DNA of 62,528 bases, counting the filler, from a bacterium (GTDB taxonomy: Bacteria > JBDRGX01), in NCBI GenBank assembly GCA_043817485.1. It is 8 parts of 8 records of this genome, joined end to end, with 100 filler letters (N's around TTAATTAATTAA, not from the genome) between each part and the next. Parts side by side here need not be neighbours in the genome. Positions count along the whole stretch, not along the records: positions 15,543 to 27,524 come from JBDRGX010000132.1; positions 27,625 to 32,029 come from JBDRGX010000133.1; 6 more parts are not named here. One strand, written 5' to 3'. Made by a program: the position numbers and the translations under genes. The notes under the pieces were generated by a model. It saw only the letters and a program-made list of their open reading frames with translations, was not told the DNA's origin and ran no database searches. Of the stretch, positions 18,577-30,103 are shown piece by piece. Position 1 is the stretch's first letter, and every line of letters begins with the position of its first letter.

Positions 18577-21069
18577 ATGTTTAATTTATTTCTCCAAAAA
18601 TTATTTGGTACACAAAATAAAAGAGAAATTAAAAGAATTAGTTTAATTGTAAATCAAGTCAATGATTTAGAAGCTGAAATTAAAAATTATTCTGATCAAA
18701 AATTAAAAGAAAAAATGGAAATTTTAAAGCAAAAATCTCGTGAAAATCAACCATTAAATAATTTATTAATTGAAACTTTTGCCCTTGTAAGAGAATCTTC
18801 TAAAAGAGTTTTGGGAGAAAGACCTTATGATGTTCAGATTATCGGATGCATTGTTCTTCATGAAGGTAAAATTGCAGAAATGAAAACTGGTGAAGGAAAA
18901 ACACTAACATCTACAATGCCAATTTGTTTAAATGCTTTGACTGGAAAAGGTGTTCATATAATTACTGTTAATGATTATTTAGCTAAAAGAGACGCAGAAT
19001 GGATGAAAGACATTTATCATTTATTAGGATTTACAGTTGATTTTATTCAAACTGATACACCAATAGAACAAAAACAAATAGCTTATAATTCAGATATTAC
19101 TTATGGAACTAATAACGAATTTGGATTTGATTATTTAAGAGATAATATGGTAATTTCTTATGATCATAAAGTTCAAAAAGAATTAAATTATGCTATTGTT
19201 GATGAAGTAGATAGTATTTTAATTGATGAAGCAAGAACTCCTTTAATTATATCTGGGCCAGCTGAAGAAAGCACAGATCTTTATTATCAAATTGATAAAA
19301 TTATTCCTTTATTACAAAAAGACATAGATTATCAAATAGATGAAAAAGCTCATACAAGTGTTTTAATTGAAGCAGGTGTTACAAAAACAGAAAAATTACT
19401 TAATATCAATAATTTATATGAATCCTCTAATCTGGAAATAGTACATCATATAAATCAAGCTCTTCGTGCTCATACTTTATATAGAAAAGAAGTAGATTAC
19501 TTAATTAAAGATGGAGAAATAATTATTGTAGACGAATTTACTGGCCGTCTAATGGAAGGCAGAAGATATAGTGATGGATTACACCAAGCATTAGAAGCTA
19601 AAGAAAAAGTACAAATAAAAAGAGAAAACCAAACTTTAGCAACAATTACTTTTCAAAATTATTTTAGATTATATAAAAAATTAGCTGGAATGACAGGAAC
19701 TGCCTCTACTGAAGCAGAAGAATTTATTAATATATATCGTTTAGAAGTCATATCTATTCCTACTAATAAACCAATGATTAGAAAAGATTGTTTAGATGTA
19801 ATTTATAAAACAGAAAAAGAAAAATTTAATGCAGTTATTCAAGAAATTAAAAAAGTACATTCTACAGGTGAACCAATATTAGTAGGAACAATTTCTATTG
19901 AAAAATCAGAAAAATTAAGTCGATTATTAAAAAAAGAAGGGCTTATTCATACTGTTTTAAATGCTAAATATCATGAACAAGAAGCAGAAATTATAAAAAG
20001 GGCTGGTCAACATGGTGTAGTAACTATTGCAACTAATATGGCAGGCAGAGGTGTTGATATTAAATTAGGATTTGAAATAACAAAATTAAATGGACTTTAT
20101 ATTATTGGAACAGAAAGACACGAAAGTAGACGTATAGATAATCAACTTCGAGGAAGATCTGGTCGTCAAGGAGATCCTGGTATGTCAAAATTTTATATTT
20201 CATTAGAAGATGATTTAATGCGAATTTTTGGTGGTGAAAAAATAAAAAATTTAATGGATCGAATGAAAATGCCAGAAGGACAAGTAATTGAACATCCATG
20301 GCTTAATAAAACCATAGAAAATGCTCAAAAAAAAGTTGAATCTCATAATTTTGATATTAGAAAGCATGTTTTAGAATATGATGATGTAATGAATCAACAA
20401 AGATCTGTTATTTATGAACAAAGACAAAAAATATTAAAAGGAGAATCTTTAAAAAATACAATTTTTTCTATGATAGAAGATATTCTTGACGAAATTTTAT
20501 CTCTTTATATTAAAAACAAAAATAATAATGATAATTTTGATTTTAATGAGTTAATGCGTTCTTTAGAAAAAACATTTCCTATTAAATTTTCTATTAATGA
20601 GGAATTTAAAAAACTAAAAAAAGAAGAACTTTTTCAAAAATTATTAGAAATAATAAAAAATGCTTATAATGATAAAGAAAAAAAAGAAGGAGAATCAAAT
20701 TTAAGAGAATTAGAAAAAATTATTATGTTGCAAACTATTGATAGTAAATGGAAAGAGCATCTTCATAATATGGATTGTTTAAAAGAAGGTATTGGCTTAA
20801 GAGCTTATGGACAAAAAGATCCTTTATTAGAATATAAAAAAGAAAGTTATAATATGTTTATGAATATGATTTATAAAATTAAAGAAGATGTTGTAAGATA
20901 TATATTTATAGCACAATTAGTTTCTCAAGAACCTTCACAAAAACCAATTTCTAAAATTTTTTTTGGACAATCAAAAACACCTATAAAAGCAAAAAAAATC
21001 GGAAGAAATGATATTTGTCTATGTGGTAGTGAAAAAAAATATAAAGCTTGTTGTGGAAAACAAAAATAA
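18577..21069 (+). CDS. secA: Preprotein translocase SecA
   Basis: MKTGEGKT, DEVDSILIDEARTPLIISG, ATNMAGRG, C-terminal SEC-C motif. Confidence 0.98.
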   Translation: MFNLFLQKLFGTQNKREIKRISLIVNQVNDLEAEIKNYSDQKLKEKMEILKQKSRENQPLNNLLIETFALVRESSKRVLGERPYDVQIIGCIVLHEGKIAEMKTGEGKTLTSTMPICLNALTGKGVHIITVNDYLAKRDAEWMKDIYHLLGFTVDFIQTDTPIEQKQIAYNSDITYGTNNEFGFDYLRDNMVISYDHKVQKELNYAIVDEVDSILIDEARTPLIISGPAEESTDLYYQIDKIIPLLQKDIDYQIDEKAHTSVLIEAGVTKTEKLLNINNLYESSNLEIVHHINQALRAHTLYRKEVDYLIKDGEIIIVDEFTGRLMEGRRYSDGLHQALEAKEKVQIKRENQTLATITFQNYFRLYKKLAGMTGTASTEAEEFINIYRLEVISIPTNKPMIRKDCLDVIYKTEKEKFNAVIQEIKKVHSTGEPILVGTISIEKSEKLSRLLKKEGLIHTVLNAKYHEQEAEIIKRAGQHGVVTIATNMAGRGVDIKLGFEITKLNGLYIIGTERHESRRIDNQLRGRSGRQGDPGMSKFYISLEDDLMRIFGGEKIKNLMDRMKMPEGQVIEHPWLNKTIENAQKKVESHNFDIRKHVLEYDDVMNQQRSVIYEQRQKILKGESLKNTIFSMIEDILDEILSLYIKNKNNNDNFDFNELMRSLEKTFPIKFSINEEFKKLKKEELFQKLLEIIKNAYNDKEKKEGESNLRELEKIIMLQTIDSKWKEHLHNMDCLKEGIGLRAYGQKDPLLEYKKESYNMFMNMIYKIKEDVVRYIFIAQLVSQEPSQKPISKIFFGQSKTPIKAKKIGRNDICLCGSEKKYKACCGKQK

Positions 21070-21076
21070 GCAAATA

Positions 21077-21261
21077 ATACCAAATTGCAAACTACTAAAT
21101 TCAAAATACAAAAATATAAGAGAAAATTCGAAATACGAATATCGAAACAGTTTTTGTTTTGAACATTGAAATTTTGGTTATTTGAATTTGTTTCAAATTT
21201 CGATATTCGTATTTCGAATTTATACCAGATTGTTATTATAACTTTGATTGCAACTTGATAT
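21077..21261. mobile_element. MITE-like element carrying an inverted heptamer array
   Basis: TIRs ATACCAAATTGCAA ... TTGCAACTTGATAT, with an internal perfect 24-bp inverted repeat at 21124-21147 / 21198-21221. Confidence 0.65.
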
Positions 21262-21309
21262 TATTCATCAATAAAAAATCCATTTCACAATTTCACAATA
21301 ATAATAAAA

Positions 21310-22452
21310 ATGATATTAAAAACAAATAAAATATTACGAAAATTAAACGAATGTGAAAAAGGATCAGAAAGATATATTTTAATACAAGGAAAAAAACTTC
21401 TTAATTTTGGCTCTAATAATTATTTAGGACTTAGTAATCATCCTGCCTTAAAAAAAGCTGCACAAAAAGCAATTGATCAATATGGAATAAGTAGCTGTTC
21501 CTCAAGACTTTTAAGTGGAAATATACATCTTTATCGAATATTAGAAGAAAAAATAAAAGAATTAAAAAAAACAGAAGCTGCTTTAGTTTTTAATTCGGGC
21601 TATTTAACTAATTTAGGAATTATTTCTAATTTAGCTAAAGAATATAATATTATTTTTTGTGATAAATATAATCATGCAAGCATTATAGATGGAATTTTAT
21701 TAAGTAAAACACCATTTAAAAGATACCCGCATAAAAATACAATTGCATTAGAAAAATCACTTAAAGAAAATGATAAACAAAATAAAATGCTTATTACTGA
21801 TGCTGTTTTTAGTATGAATGGAAATATTGCTCCTTTAAATTCTTTAGTAGAAATTAGTCAAAAAAATAAATGCTTTTTAATAATAGATGATGCTCATGGA
21901 ACTGGAGTTTTAGGCAAAAACGGAACTGGAACTTTAGAACATCTTGGAATTTCTTCCAAAAAAATAGATCTTCAAATAGGAACTTTTAGTAAAGCATTAG
22001 GAGGATTTGGCGGATTTGCTGCTGGATCTAAAGACTTAATTGAACACTTAATTAATACTTGTAGAAGTTTTATTTATACTACAAGCTTACCACCAGCCAT
22101 TTTAGCATCTAATATAAAATCTATTGAAATATTAGAAAAAGAACCAGAAAGAAGAGAAAAACTTTGGGAAAATACTTATTATTTTCAAAAAGAATTACTC
22201 AATTTAGAATTTGATATTATGCAAACAGAAACACCTATTGTCCCAATTTTGTTAAAAGATGATGAAATATCTTTAAATTTTAGTAAAAAACTTTTTGAAC
22301 AAAATATTTTTATTCCCGCAATTAGACCACCAAGTGTACCAATTAAAAAATCTCAATTAAGAATTTCTCTTTCTTCTTTACATTCCAAAAAAGATTTAGA
22401 TTATGTTTTAGAACAAATGAAAAAAATCAAAAATAAATTGAAAATAAATTGA
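21310..22452 (+). CDS. bioF: 8-amino-7-oxononanoate synthase
   Basis: SNNYLGL, NHASIIDG, DDAHGTG, GTFSKALG, IRPPSVP. Confidence 0.85.
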   Translation: MILKTNKILRKLNECEKGSERYILIQGKKLLNFGSNNYLGLSNHPALKKAAQKAIDQYGISSCSSRLLSGNIHLYRILEEKIKELKKTEAALVFNSGYLTNLGIISNLAKEYNIIFCDKYNHASIIDGILLSKTPFKRYPHKNTIALEKSLKENDKQNKMLITDAVFSMNGNIAPLNSLVEISQKNKCFLIIDDAHGTGVLGKNGTGTLEHLGISSKKIDLQIGTFSKALGGFGGFAAGSKDLIEHLINTCRSFIYTTSLPPAILASNIKSIEILEKEPERREKLWENTYYFQKELLNLEFDIMQTETPIVPILLKDDEISLNFSKKLFEQNIFIPAIRPPSVPIKKSQLRISLSSLHSKKDLDYVLEQMKKIKNKLKIN

Positions 22453-22538
22453 AAAAAACTTGACAATATTTAAATTTTAAATATGTAATACTAAATTCTA
22501 AATTTTTTTTATTTAAAATCATAGGAGAATATAATATT

Positions 22539-23798
22539 ATGACAAAGAAAAAAGTAGAAGAAAAGAAAAACAAAATTTATATTATTGATGTAACTAATAG
22601 AGATGGAGTTCAAACTTCTCGTTTAGGATTAGCAAAATTACAAAAAACAATTATAAATCTTCATTTAAGTAAAATGGGAATTTATCAAAGCGAATTTGGA
22701 TTTCCTTTTACTCATCATGAAACAAATTATCTTAATGCAAATCTTGAATTAGTTAAAATAGGTGCATTAAGTCCAATGATTTTAAGTGGCTGGATTAGAG
22801 CAATTCCAGTTGATGTTGAAACATCTATGAAAATGACTAAAATACAACATCTTAATATGTCTATTTCAACTTCTCCTCAAATGTTAAAATCAAAATTTAG
22901 CGGTGGTAAAACAAAAAAAGAAATTTTAAAAATGATGACAAGTGCTGTATCTCTTGCAAAAGAAAAAGGAATAAAAACAGTTGGTGTAAATGCTGAAGAT
23001 GCTTCAAGAACTGAACTTGATTTTTTAATTGAATTTGCAAAAGCTGGAAAAGAACATGGAGCAGATAGATTTAGATATTGTGATACACTTGGTTATGATG
23101 ATCCTTTTACTATTTACGAAAGAATAAAAATTATTGCTCAAGAAACTAATATGCCAATAGAACCACATTGTCATAATGATTTAGGATTAGCAGTTGCTTG
23201 TTCTATTGCAGGAGCCAAAGCAGCTATTGATGCTGGAGTTGATGCATATATAAATACTGGTATTAATGGAATGGGTGAAAGAGCTGGTAATGCAGATTTA
23301 TTATCAGTAATTTTAGCTCTTAAAAAATCAAGTGGTTTTGAAAATAAATATATTTTAGATGAAAAAATAAAACTTTCTTGTATTTGGAAATTAGCAAAAT
23401 ATGCTTCTTATTCTTTTGATGTACCTATTCCTATTAATCAAGTTGGTGTAGGTGATAATGCTTTTGCTCATGAATCTGGGATTCATGCAGACGGTGCCTT
23501 GAAAAATAGAAAAAATTATGAACTTTATGATTTTGAAGAATTAGGTAGAGGAGATTTAGAAACAGTTGAAACTGGTAGAAGAATTACTGTTGGAGAATAT
23601 AGTGGGATTAAAGGATTTAGAAATGTATATGAAAAATTAGAAATAAAATTTAAAGATGATAAAGAAGCAACAGAAATTCTCGAATTAGCAAGATTTGCTA
23701 ATGTTCATACTCAAAAACCATTAGTAGAAGATGAACTTCTTTTTATTGCTAAATATCCAAAAATTGCTAAAAAAATCTTTACAATGAGTCCAGAATAA
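22539..23798 (+). CDS. DRE-TIM acyltransferase (homocitrate synthase-like, possibly Re-citrate synthase)
   Basis: DVTNRDGVQ, AEDASR, CDTLG, HCHNDLG, GERAGNA, HESGIHADG. Confidence 0.8.
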   Translation: MTKKKVEEKKNKIYIIDVTNRDGVQTSRLGLAKLQKTIINLHLSKMGIYQSEFGFPFTHHETNYLNANLELVKIGALSPMILSGWIRAIPVDVETSMKMTKIQHLNMSISTSPQMLKSKFSGGKTKKEILKMMTSAVSLAKEKGIKTVGVNAEDASRTELDFLIEFAKAGKEHGADRFRYCDTLGYDDPFTIYERIKIIAQETNMPIEPHCHNDLGLAVACSIAGAKAAIDAGVDAYINTGINGMGERAGNADLLSVILALKKSSGFENKYILDEKIKLSCIWKLAKYASYSFDVPIPINQVGVGDNAFAHESGIHADGALKNRKNYELYDFEELGRGDLETVETGRRITVGEYSGIKGFRNVYEKLEIKFKDDKEATEILELARFANVHTQKPLVEDELLFIAKYPKIAKKIFTMSPE

Positions 23799-23812
23799 AA
23801 ATATTAAAAATT

Positions 23813-25258
23813 ATGAATAAAAAAATTAGAATAAGATTTGCACCATCTCCTACTGGCAATCTTCATATTGGTGGAGCAAGAACAGCTCTTTTTAATTTTC
23901 TTTTTGCTCGACATAATCAAGGAACTTTTATTTTAAGAATTGAAGATACCGATAAAGAAAGGTCTACACAAGAATATCTTAATTCTATTTTAGACTCCTT
24001 AAAATGGTTAGAATTAAATTGGGATGAAGGTCCAGAAATTGGTGGTGAATATGGGCCTTATAATCAAATTGCAAGATTAGATATTTATTCTCAATATATA
24101 AAAAAACTTCTTGAAACAAAAAATGCTTATATTTGTAATTGTTCTCCAGAAAGATTAGAACAAATAAAAACTCAAGCTCAATTACAAAAACAACCACCTA
24201 AATATGATGGCAAATGTCGAAATGCAAATATTTCTTCATTAGAAAAAGGTTCTGTAATACGATTTAAAATCCCTCAAGAAGGAATAACTAAATTTAATGA
24301 TTTAATTAGAAAAGAAGTTTCTTTTGAAAATAAACTTCTTGATGATTTTATTATTCAAAGATCAGATGGAACCCCTATTTATAATTTTACAGTAGTAATT
24401 GATGATTTGACAATGGAAATTTCACATGTTATTCGAGGTGAAGATCATATTTCTAATACACCTAAACAAATTCTTTTATACAAAGCATTAGGTATAAATC
24501 CCCCACAATTTGCTCATCTTCCTTTAATTTTTGGAAAAGATAAAACTCGTTTAAGTAAAAGACATGGAGCAACATCAGTAATAGAATATCAAAAACAAGG
24601 TTTTTTAAAAGAAGCTTTAATAAATTATTTATCTTTATTAGGTTGGTCTTATGATGATAAACAAGAGTTTTTTACTATTCAAGAATTAATAAAAAATTTT
24701 AGTTTAGAAAGAGTTTCTAAAAATCCAGCTATTTTTGATTTAGAAAAATTATATTGGATTAATGGAAATTATATTAGAAATCTTGATATAGATAAATTAA
24801 CAGAACTTTGTCTACCTTATCTTAAAGAAGCTTATAATTTACAAAAAGAAGATATTAAGCAAAAATATAATTGGATAAAAAAAATAGTTAAACTTAATCA
24901 AGATAGATTAAAATATTTAGCTGAAATTGTTGAATTAACAAATTTTTTCTTTCAAAAAAAACTTCAATATGATGAAAAAGCAGTAGAAAAAATATTGTTA
25001 AAAGAAAATCCTAAAGAAATATTAAATAAAGTAATAGAAAAAATTGAAAATTTACAAGAATTTACTATTGAAAATCTTGAAAATGTAATAAAACAATTAG
25101 CAGAAGAATTAAATATAAATGCAAGCAAAATAATACATCCTGTTCGAGTATCTTGTACAGGTCAAAGTAAAGGGCCAGGATTATTTGAATTAATGGCTAT
25201 TCTTGAAAAAGAAACTGTCCTTGAACGAATTAAAAATACTATTACTACTTATTGTTAA
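23813..25258 (+). CDS. gltX: Glutamate-tRNA ligase
   Basis: RFAPSPTG.LHIGG, RIEDTD, IRGEDH, LSKRHG. Confidence 0.97.
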   Translation: MNKKIRIRFAPSPTGNLHIGGARTALFNFLFARHNQGTFILRIEDTDKERSTQEYLNSILDSLKWLELNWDEGPEIGGEYGPYNQIARLDIYSQYIKKLLETKNAYICNCSPERLEQIKTQAQLQKQPPKYDGKCRNANISSLEKGSVIRFKIPQEGITKFNDLIRKEVSFENKLLDDFIIQRSDGTPIYNFTVVIDDLTMEISHVIRGEDHISNTPKQILLYKALGINPPQFAHLPLIFGKDKTRLSKRHGATSVIEYQKQGFLKEALINYLSLLGWSYDDKQEFFTIQELIKNFSLERVSKNPAIFDLEKLYWINGNYIRNLDIDKLTELCLPYLKEAYNLQKEDIKQKYNWIKKIVKLNQDRLKYLAEIVELTNFFFQKKLQYDEKAVEKILLKENPKEILNKVIEKIENLQEFTIENLENVIKQLAEELNINASKIIHPVRVSCTGQSKGPGLFELMAILEKETVLERIKNTITTYC

Positions 25259-25262
25259 TTTG

Positions 25263-26690
25263 TTATTTTTTTTCAAAATTATATGCTACTTTTAAAATAG
25301 TTTCTTCATCAAATGGCTTTCCTATAATTTGCATACCTATCGGTAAATTATTTTGAGTTAATCCACAAGGAACAGAAATACCAGTAAGTCCAGCCAAATT
25401 AATTGAAACTGTAAAAATATCTGCTAAATATAAAGAAAGAGGATCATCTATATTTTCTCCAATTTTAAAAGGTGGAATTGAAGAAGTTGGAGTAATAATT
25501 ACATCTACTTTTTCAAAAGCTTTATCAAAATCTTGTTTTATTAAATTTCTTACTTTTTGAGCTTTTAAATAATAAGCATCATAATATCCTGCACTTAAAA
25601 CATAAGTTCCTAACATAATTCTTCTTTTAACTTCTTTACCAAATCCTTGATCTCGAGTTAATCCATACATTTGTAAAAGATTTTTTTGTTCACTTCTATA
25701 TCCATATTGAACACCATCAAAACGAGCTAAATTAGAACTTGCTTCAGATACAGCAATTATATAATAAGTAGCTATTGCATATTCTGTATGAGGAAGAGAA
25801 ATTTCTTCTATTTTTGCTCCCATATTTTCTAATATTTTAATACCTTTTAAAACATTTTCTTCTACTTCTTTATTCATTCCTTTAATAAAATATTCTTTAG
25901 GAACACCTACCTTGATTTCTTTTATATCATTTTTAATGTTTTTAGTATAATCTGGAACAGAAATATTACAAGAAGTAGAATCTTTTTGATCAAAACCACT
26001 AAGAATATTCATTAATAAAGCACAATCTTCTACATTTTTAGTTAAAGGACCTATTTGATCTAATGAAGATGCAAAAGCTATTAATCCATATCTTGATACT
26101 CTGCCATAACTTGGCTTTAAGCCAACTATTCCACACAAAGAAGCAGGTTGACGAATAGACCCACCTGTATCTGAACCTAATGCTAAAATTGCTTCATTTG
26201 ATGCAATTGCAGCAGCAGAACCACCACTTGATCCACCAGGTACATAATCCAAATTTTTAGGATTATGAGTAATTTTATACGCTGAATTTTCTGTAGAAGA
26301 ACCCATAGCAAATTCATCTAAATTAGTTCTTCCTATGAAAACAGCATCTTCTTTTTGTAATTTTTCAATCACAAAAGCTGAATAAGGCGCAATAAATCCA
26401 GAAAGAATTTTAGAAGCACAAGTACATTCTATCCCCTTTTCGCAAATATTATCTTTAATAGCAATTGGAATACCAGCCAATAAACCTATTTTTTCTTTTT
26501 TTGCAATTTTTTCATCAACTATTTTTGCTTGTTTAATTGCTCTTTCAAAATTAGTAGAAAGATACGCATTGATAGATTTTTCTGTTAATTCTATTTGTTC
26601 AAAAACTGCTTTTACTATTTCTTCAGATTTTATTTCTTTTTTCAATAAAAGTTCTTGTAATTTTTTTGCTGTTAATTCATTTAATTTCAC
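25263..26690 (-). CDS. gatA: Asp/Glu-tRNA amidotransferase subunit A
   Basis: [39 protein letters not shown]. Confidence 0.96.
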   Translation of the reverse strand: MKLNELTAKKLQELLLKKEIKSEEIVKAVFEQIELTEKSINAYLSTNFERAIKQAKIVDEKIAKKEKIGLLAGIPIAIKDNICEKGIECTCASKILSGFIAPYSAFVIEKLQKEDAVFIGRTNLDEFAMGSSTENSAYKITHNPKNLDYVPGGSSGGSAAAIASNEAILALGSDTGGSIRQPASLCGIVGLKPSYGRVSRYGLIAFASSLDQIGPLTKNVEDCALLMNILSGFDQKDSTSCNISVPDYTKNIKNDIKEIKVGVPKEYFIKGMNKEVEENVLKGIKILENMGAKIEEISLPHTEYAIATYYIIAVSEASSNLARFDGVQYGYRSEQKNLLQMYGLTRDQGFGKEVKRRIMLGTYVLSAGYYDAYYLKAQKVRNLIKQDFDKAFEKVDVIITPTSSIPPFKIGENIDDPLSLYLADIFTVSINLAGLTGISVPCGLTQNNLPIGMQIIGKPFDEETILKVAYNFEKK

Positions 26691-27438
26691 AACATTTTCC
26701 TTTCATTTTTTTTCCAAAATATAACCATAAGCATATGCCTATTATTACTAAAATAATACTAACAATTTGTGCTGAACTTAAATTAAACATAATTTTTTCA
26801 TTTACTCTTAACAATTCTATGAAAAAACGAGAAATAGAATACAATATCATATATAGAAAAAATACCTGACCATCAAATTTTTTAATTTTTTTAAAATTCA
26901 ACAAAATAAAAAATATAATTAAAAGTATTATAGATTCATAAATTTGAGTAGGATGAACTGAATGACAACCATCAAATTTTATACCAAAACAAGAATTTGT
27001 TTCTTTCCCATAACAACATCCATTTAAAAAACAACCAATTCTTCCAATAGAATGTCCTATTACAAGAAATGGTATTAAAATATCACTTGTTTTCAAAAAA
27101 GGTAATTTTTTCTTTTTAAAAAATAAAAATGTCACAAAAATCGCACTAATTAATCCACCATAAAAAGCTAATCCTCCTTGATAAATTTTTATTATATCTA
27201 AAGGGTTTTTTAAATAATATTCAAAATTTTCAATAATATAAAAAATCCTTGCTCCTATTATTCCTGAAAGTAAAGCATAAAAAGAAAAATCAAATATTAA
27301 ATCTTTTTTTATGTTTTCCTTTTCTGCCATTTTTGCAGCCAAAAAAGTTCCTAATAAACAACCAATAGCTACCATAAGTCCATAAGAATAAATACTAAAC
27401 GAACCTAAACGAAATAAAATAGGATACATTTTTTTCAT
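26677..27438 (-). CDS. lgt: Prolipoprotein diacylglyceryl transferase
   Basis: [43 protein letters not shown]. Confidence 0.95.
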   Translation of the reverse strand: MKKMYPILFRLGSFSIYSYGLMVAIGCLLGTFLAAKMAEKENIKKDLIFDFSFYALLSGIIGARIFYIIENFEYYLKNPLDIIKIYQGGLAFYGGLISAIFVTFLFFKKKKLPFLKTSDILIPFLVIGHSIGRIGCFLNGCCYGKETNSCFGIKFDGCHSVHPTQIYESIILLIIFFILLNFKKIKKFDGQVFFLYMILYSISRFFIELLRVNEKIMFNLSSAQIVSIILVIIGICLWLYFGKKMKGKCCEIK

Positions 27439-27524
27439 AACTCCTTATTTTATAATTTTTAAACTTATTTATCTAAAAAATAATTAAAATTATAGATTTG
27501 ATATTTTATATTTAATATCTTATA

Positions 27525-27624
27525 NNNNNNNNNNNNNNNNNNNNNNNNNNNNNNNNNNNNNNNNNNNNTTAATTAATTAANNNNNNNNNNNNNNNNNNNN
27601 NNNNNNNNNNNNNNNNNNNNNNNN
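27525..27624. other. Artificial contig linker
   Basis: N44-TTAATTAATTAA-N44. Confidence 0.98.
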
Positions 27625-28952
27625 ATAATATATGGAATTAAAATTTGTATTGTTGTTCCTTGATTTTTTATACAATTTATTTTAATTTCTCCATTATGTT
27701 GTTTAATTATTTTTTGGGCAATATATAAACCTAATCCAGTTCCTTTAGCTTTTGTGGTAAAAAAAGGTTCAAATATTTTTTTTTGATCTTTTTTGGCAAT
27801 TCCTATTCCAGTATCTTTTATTTCAATTTTTATTTTTTTTGTTTTGAAATTTTTTCTTTGAAAAATAAGTTCTGTTTTTATTTCAATTTTTTTTTCGTTT
27901 GTTGTAGTTACTGATTGAATAGCATTTTGAAAAAGATTGATAAAAATTTGTTTAATTTTATCAGGATCAAAAAAGCATTCTTTAATTTGTAAATCTGGAT
28001 AAAAATTTATTTCTATTTGTTGTATTTTTTCTTTTCTTTTTTTTATGATTTCATCAAGTATTTTATTTAATGATTTTTTTCTTTTATTTAAAGGTGTTTC
28101 TTTACTAAAATCTAAAAAATCATTTATTATTTTATTTAATCTTTCAACTTCTTCTGGAATATAATTGAATAATTCATCTTCATTTGTTCCATATTTTCTT
28201 TTTATTAAATCTCCAGTTGCTTCAATAATAAAAAGTGGATTTCTTATTTCATGAGCTACTATTGCTGATAAATTACCTAAATTAGATATTCTTTCTGCTT
28301 TTTCTATTACTTTTTGTGTTTTCATTATAGAAGAAAATAATCTATTCAATAAAATGCCTAAACATATTATTATTAAAATACTCCAGATAATAACACTAAT
28401 TAGCCCTTTTTTGAAAGTATTTAAAACTCGTAAAAATTCTGAACTTGCTTCTACGCATACTATTTTTTCTACTTTTCCTTGTTCATTTTTAATTGGAGCA
28501 AAAGCATTTTTAAAAAATTCATTTTCAATTTCATAAAGATTGGAAAAAGAGGATTTTCCTTCCCATGCTTTTGTAATAGAATTAGAATGCCAAAGTAGAT
28601 AAGGATAAGGAGCATCTACATTTAGAATATTATTTTCATTTATTAAAATATAGTTTTTTTCATTAAAAATAAAAATTTCATCAAGATTATTATTTTTTTC
28701 AATTTCTTGTAAAAAATTTAATAATTTAGAAGAAGTAAAAATGTCTTTTAAATAATCGTTTTCTATTCTTAAAGCAATTGAAGTAGCAATAAATTCTAAT
28801 CGTTTTCCTAATTCTATATCTTGATGTTTTTTTACTTTATAATATAAAAACCAACTTGCTGTATTGAAAATTATTAAAAGAATAACAATGAAAAATATTA
28901 CTAAACTGATTTGTTTTTTATGAAGGAATGAATTGTTTTTTGTAAATATCAA
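27625..28952 (-). CDS. Membrane sensor histidine kinase (stop codon lost at contig end)
   Basis: Two TM segments; AHEIRNPL, NLFQNA, DTGIG, FEPFFTTK, GTGLGL. Confidence 0.92.
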
Positions 28953-28984
28953 AATACACCTTTTGAAAAATATTTCAATTTTTT

Positions 28985-29986
28985 TTATAAAATTAATTGA
29001 GCATCACCATAACTAAAAAATTGATAATTAAATTTTATTGCTTGTTCATAAGTATTGAAAATAAAATCTCTTGATGCAAATGCTGAAACTAATAATAATA
29101 AACTTGATTTTGGTAAATGAAAATTAGTAATTAGAGCATCTATGGTTTTAAATTCATAAGGAGGATAAATAAATAAATTTGTCATTTTTGTACTTGCTTT
29201 TATTTCATCATTTTCATAATCACACGATTCTAATGCTCTTGCTGTTGTAGTTCCTACAGCAAAAATGCGATTATTATTTTTTTTTGCTTTATTTATTTTT
29301 GAAGCTACTTCTTCTGTAACTTCAAAATATTCTTGATGCATTTTATGATCTTCTATAATATTTTTTTTGATAGGAGTAAAAGTGGCTCTATTAATATGTA
29401 AAGTTATAAAAAGTATTTCTACTTTTTTTTTCTTAATTTCTTGAAATAATTCTTGTGTAAAGTGTAGACCTGCTGTTGGTGCTGCTATAGATCCATTATG
29501 AGTAGCATATATCGTTTGATACCTTTCTTTATCATATTTCATTTTTTTTTTAATATACGGAGGAAGTGGAGGTAATCCTATTTTTTCTAAATCTATTTCT
29601 TGGTTAAATTCAATCAGATTTTCATTATTTTCTTTTTTAATAATTCCACAAATATTTTTTTCAAAAAATATTTGAGTATTTTCTTTTGTTTTTCCTTTTA
29701 TTAAAATTTTATAAAGATTATTTTTTATTTTTTCATAAAGTAAAATATCTACTTGTCCACCAGTTTGTTTTTTTCCTATTAAACGACATTGGATTACTTT
29801 AGTATTATTAAGAACTAATATATCACCAGCAGAAAAATATTGCAAAATTTCTCTAAATACTTTATGTTCAATGGTTTTATTTTTTCTATTAAGTACCATT
29901 AATTTTGATTCATCTCTATTTAAACAAGGTTCTTGAGCAATATTTTCTTTGGGTAAATAATAATCAAATAAACTTAAATTCGTCAT
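28985..29986 (-). CDS. queA: S-adenosylmethionine:tRNA ribosyltransferase-isomerase
   Basis: FDYYLP..IAQ, PLPPYI, AAPTAGLHF, TNFHLPKS, SYGDA. Confidence 0.95.
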   Translation of the reverse strand: MTNLSLFDYYLPKENIAQEPCLNRDESKLMVLNRKNKTIEHKVFREILQYFSAGDILVLNNTKVIQCRLIGKKQTGGQVDILLYEKIKNNLYKILIKGKTKENTQIFFEKNICGIIKKENNENLIEFNQEIDLEKIGLPPLPPYIKKKMKYDKERYQTIYATHNGSIAAPTAGLHFTQELFQEIKKKKVEILFITLHINRATFTPIKKNIIEDHKMHQEYFEVTEEVASKINKAKKNNNRIFAVGTTTARALESCDYENDEIKASTKMTNLFIYPPYEFKTIDALITNFHLPKSSLLLLVSAFASRDFIFNTYEQAIKFNYQFFSYGDAQLIL

Positions 29987-30004
29987 TATTTTCCTTATCT
30001 GGGA

Positions 30005-30098
30005 GTGTCAATTCTTTTCTGTTTTTGGAGACAGGGATGAATTGACACAATAATAATATATTTTCCTTACAGAGAAGATACCTCGCCTTATGGCGAGG
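30005..30098. repeat. Two GC-richer intergenic hairpins upstream of queA
   Basis: GTGTCAATTC...GAATTGACAC (30005-30048) and CCTCGCC-TTAT-GGCGAGG (30081-30098). Confidence 0.55.
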
Positions 30099-30103
30099 AA
30101 GAT

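Noticed and set aside
25263-27438. gatA without adjacent gatC/gatB
   Set aside because: Split gat genes are common, and the assembly is fragmented.
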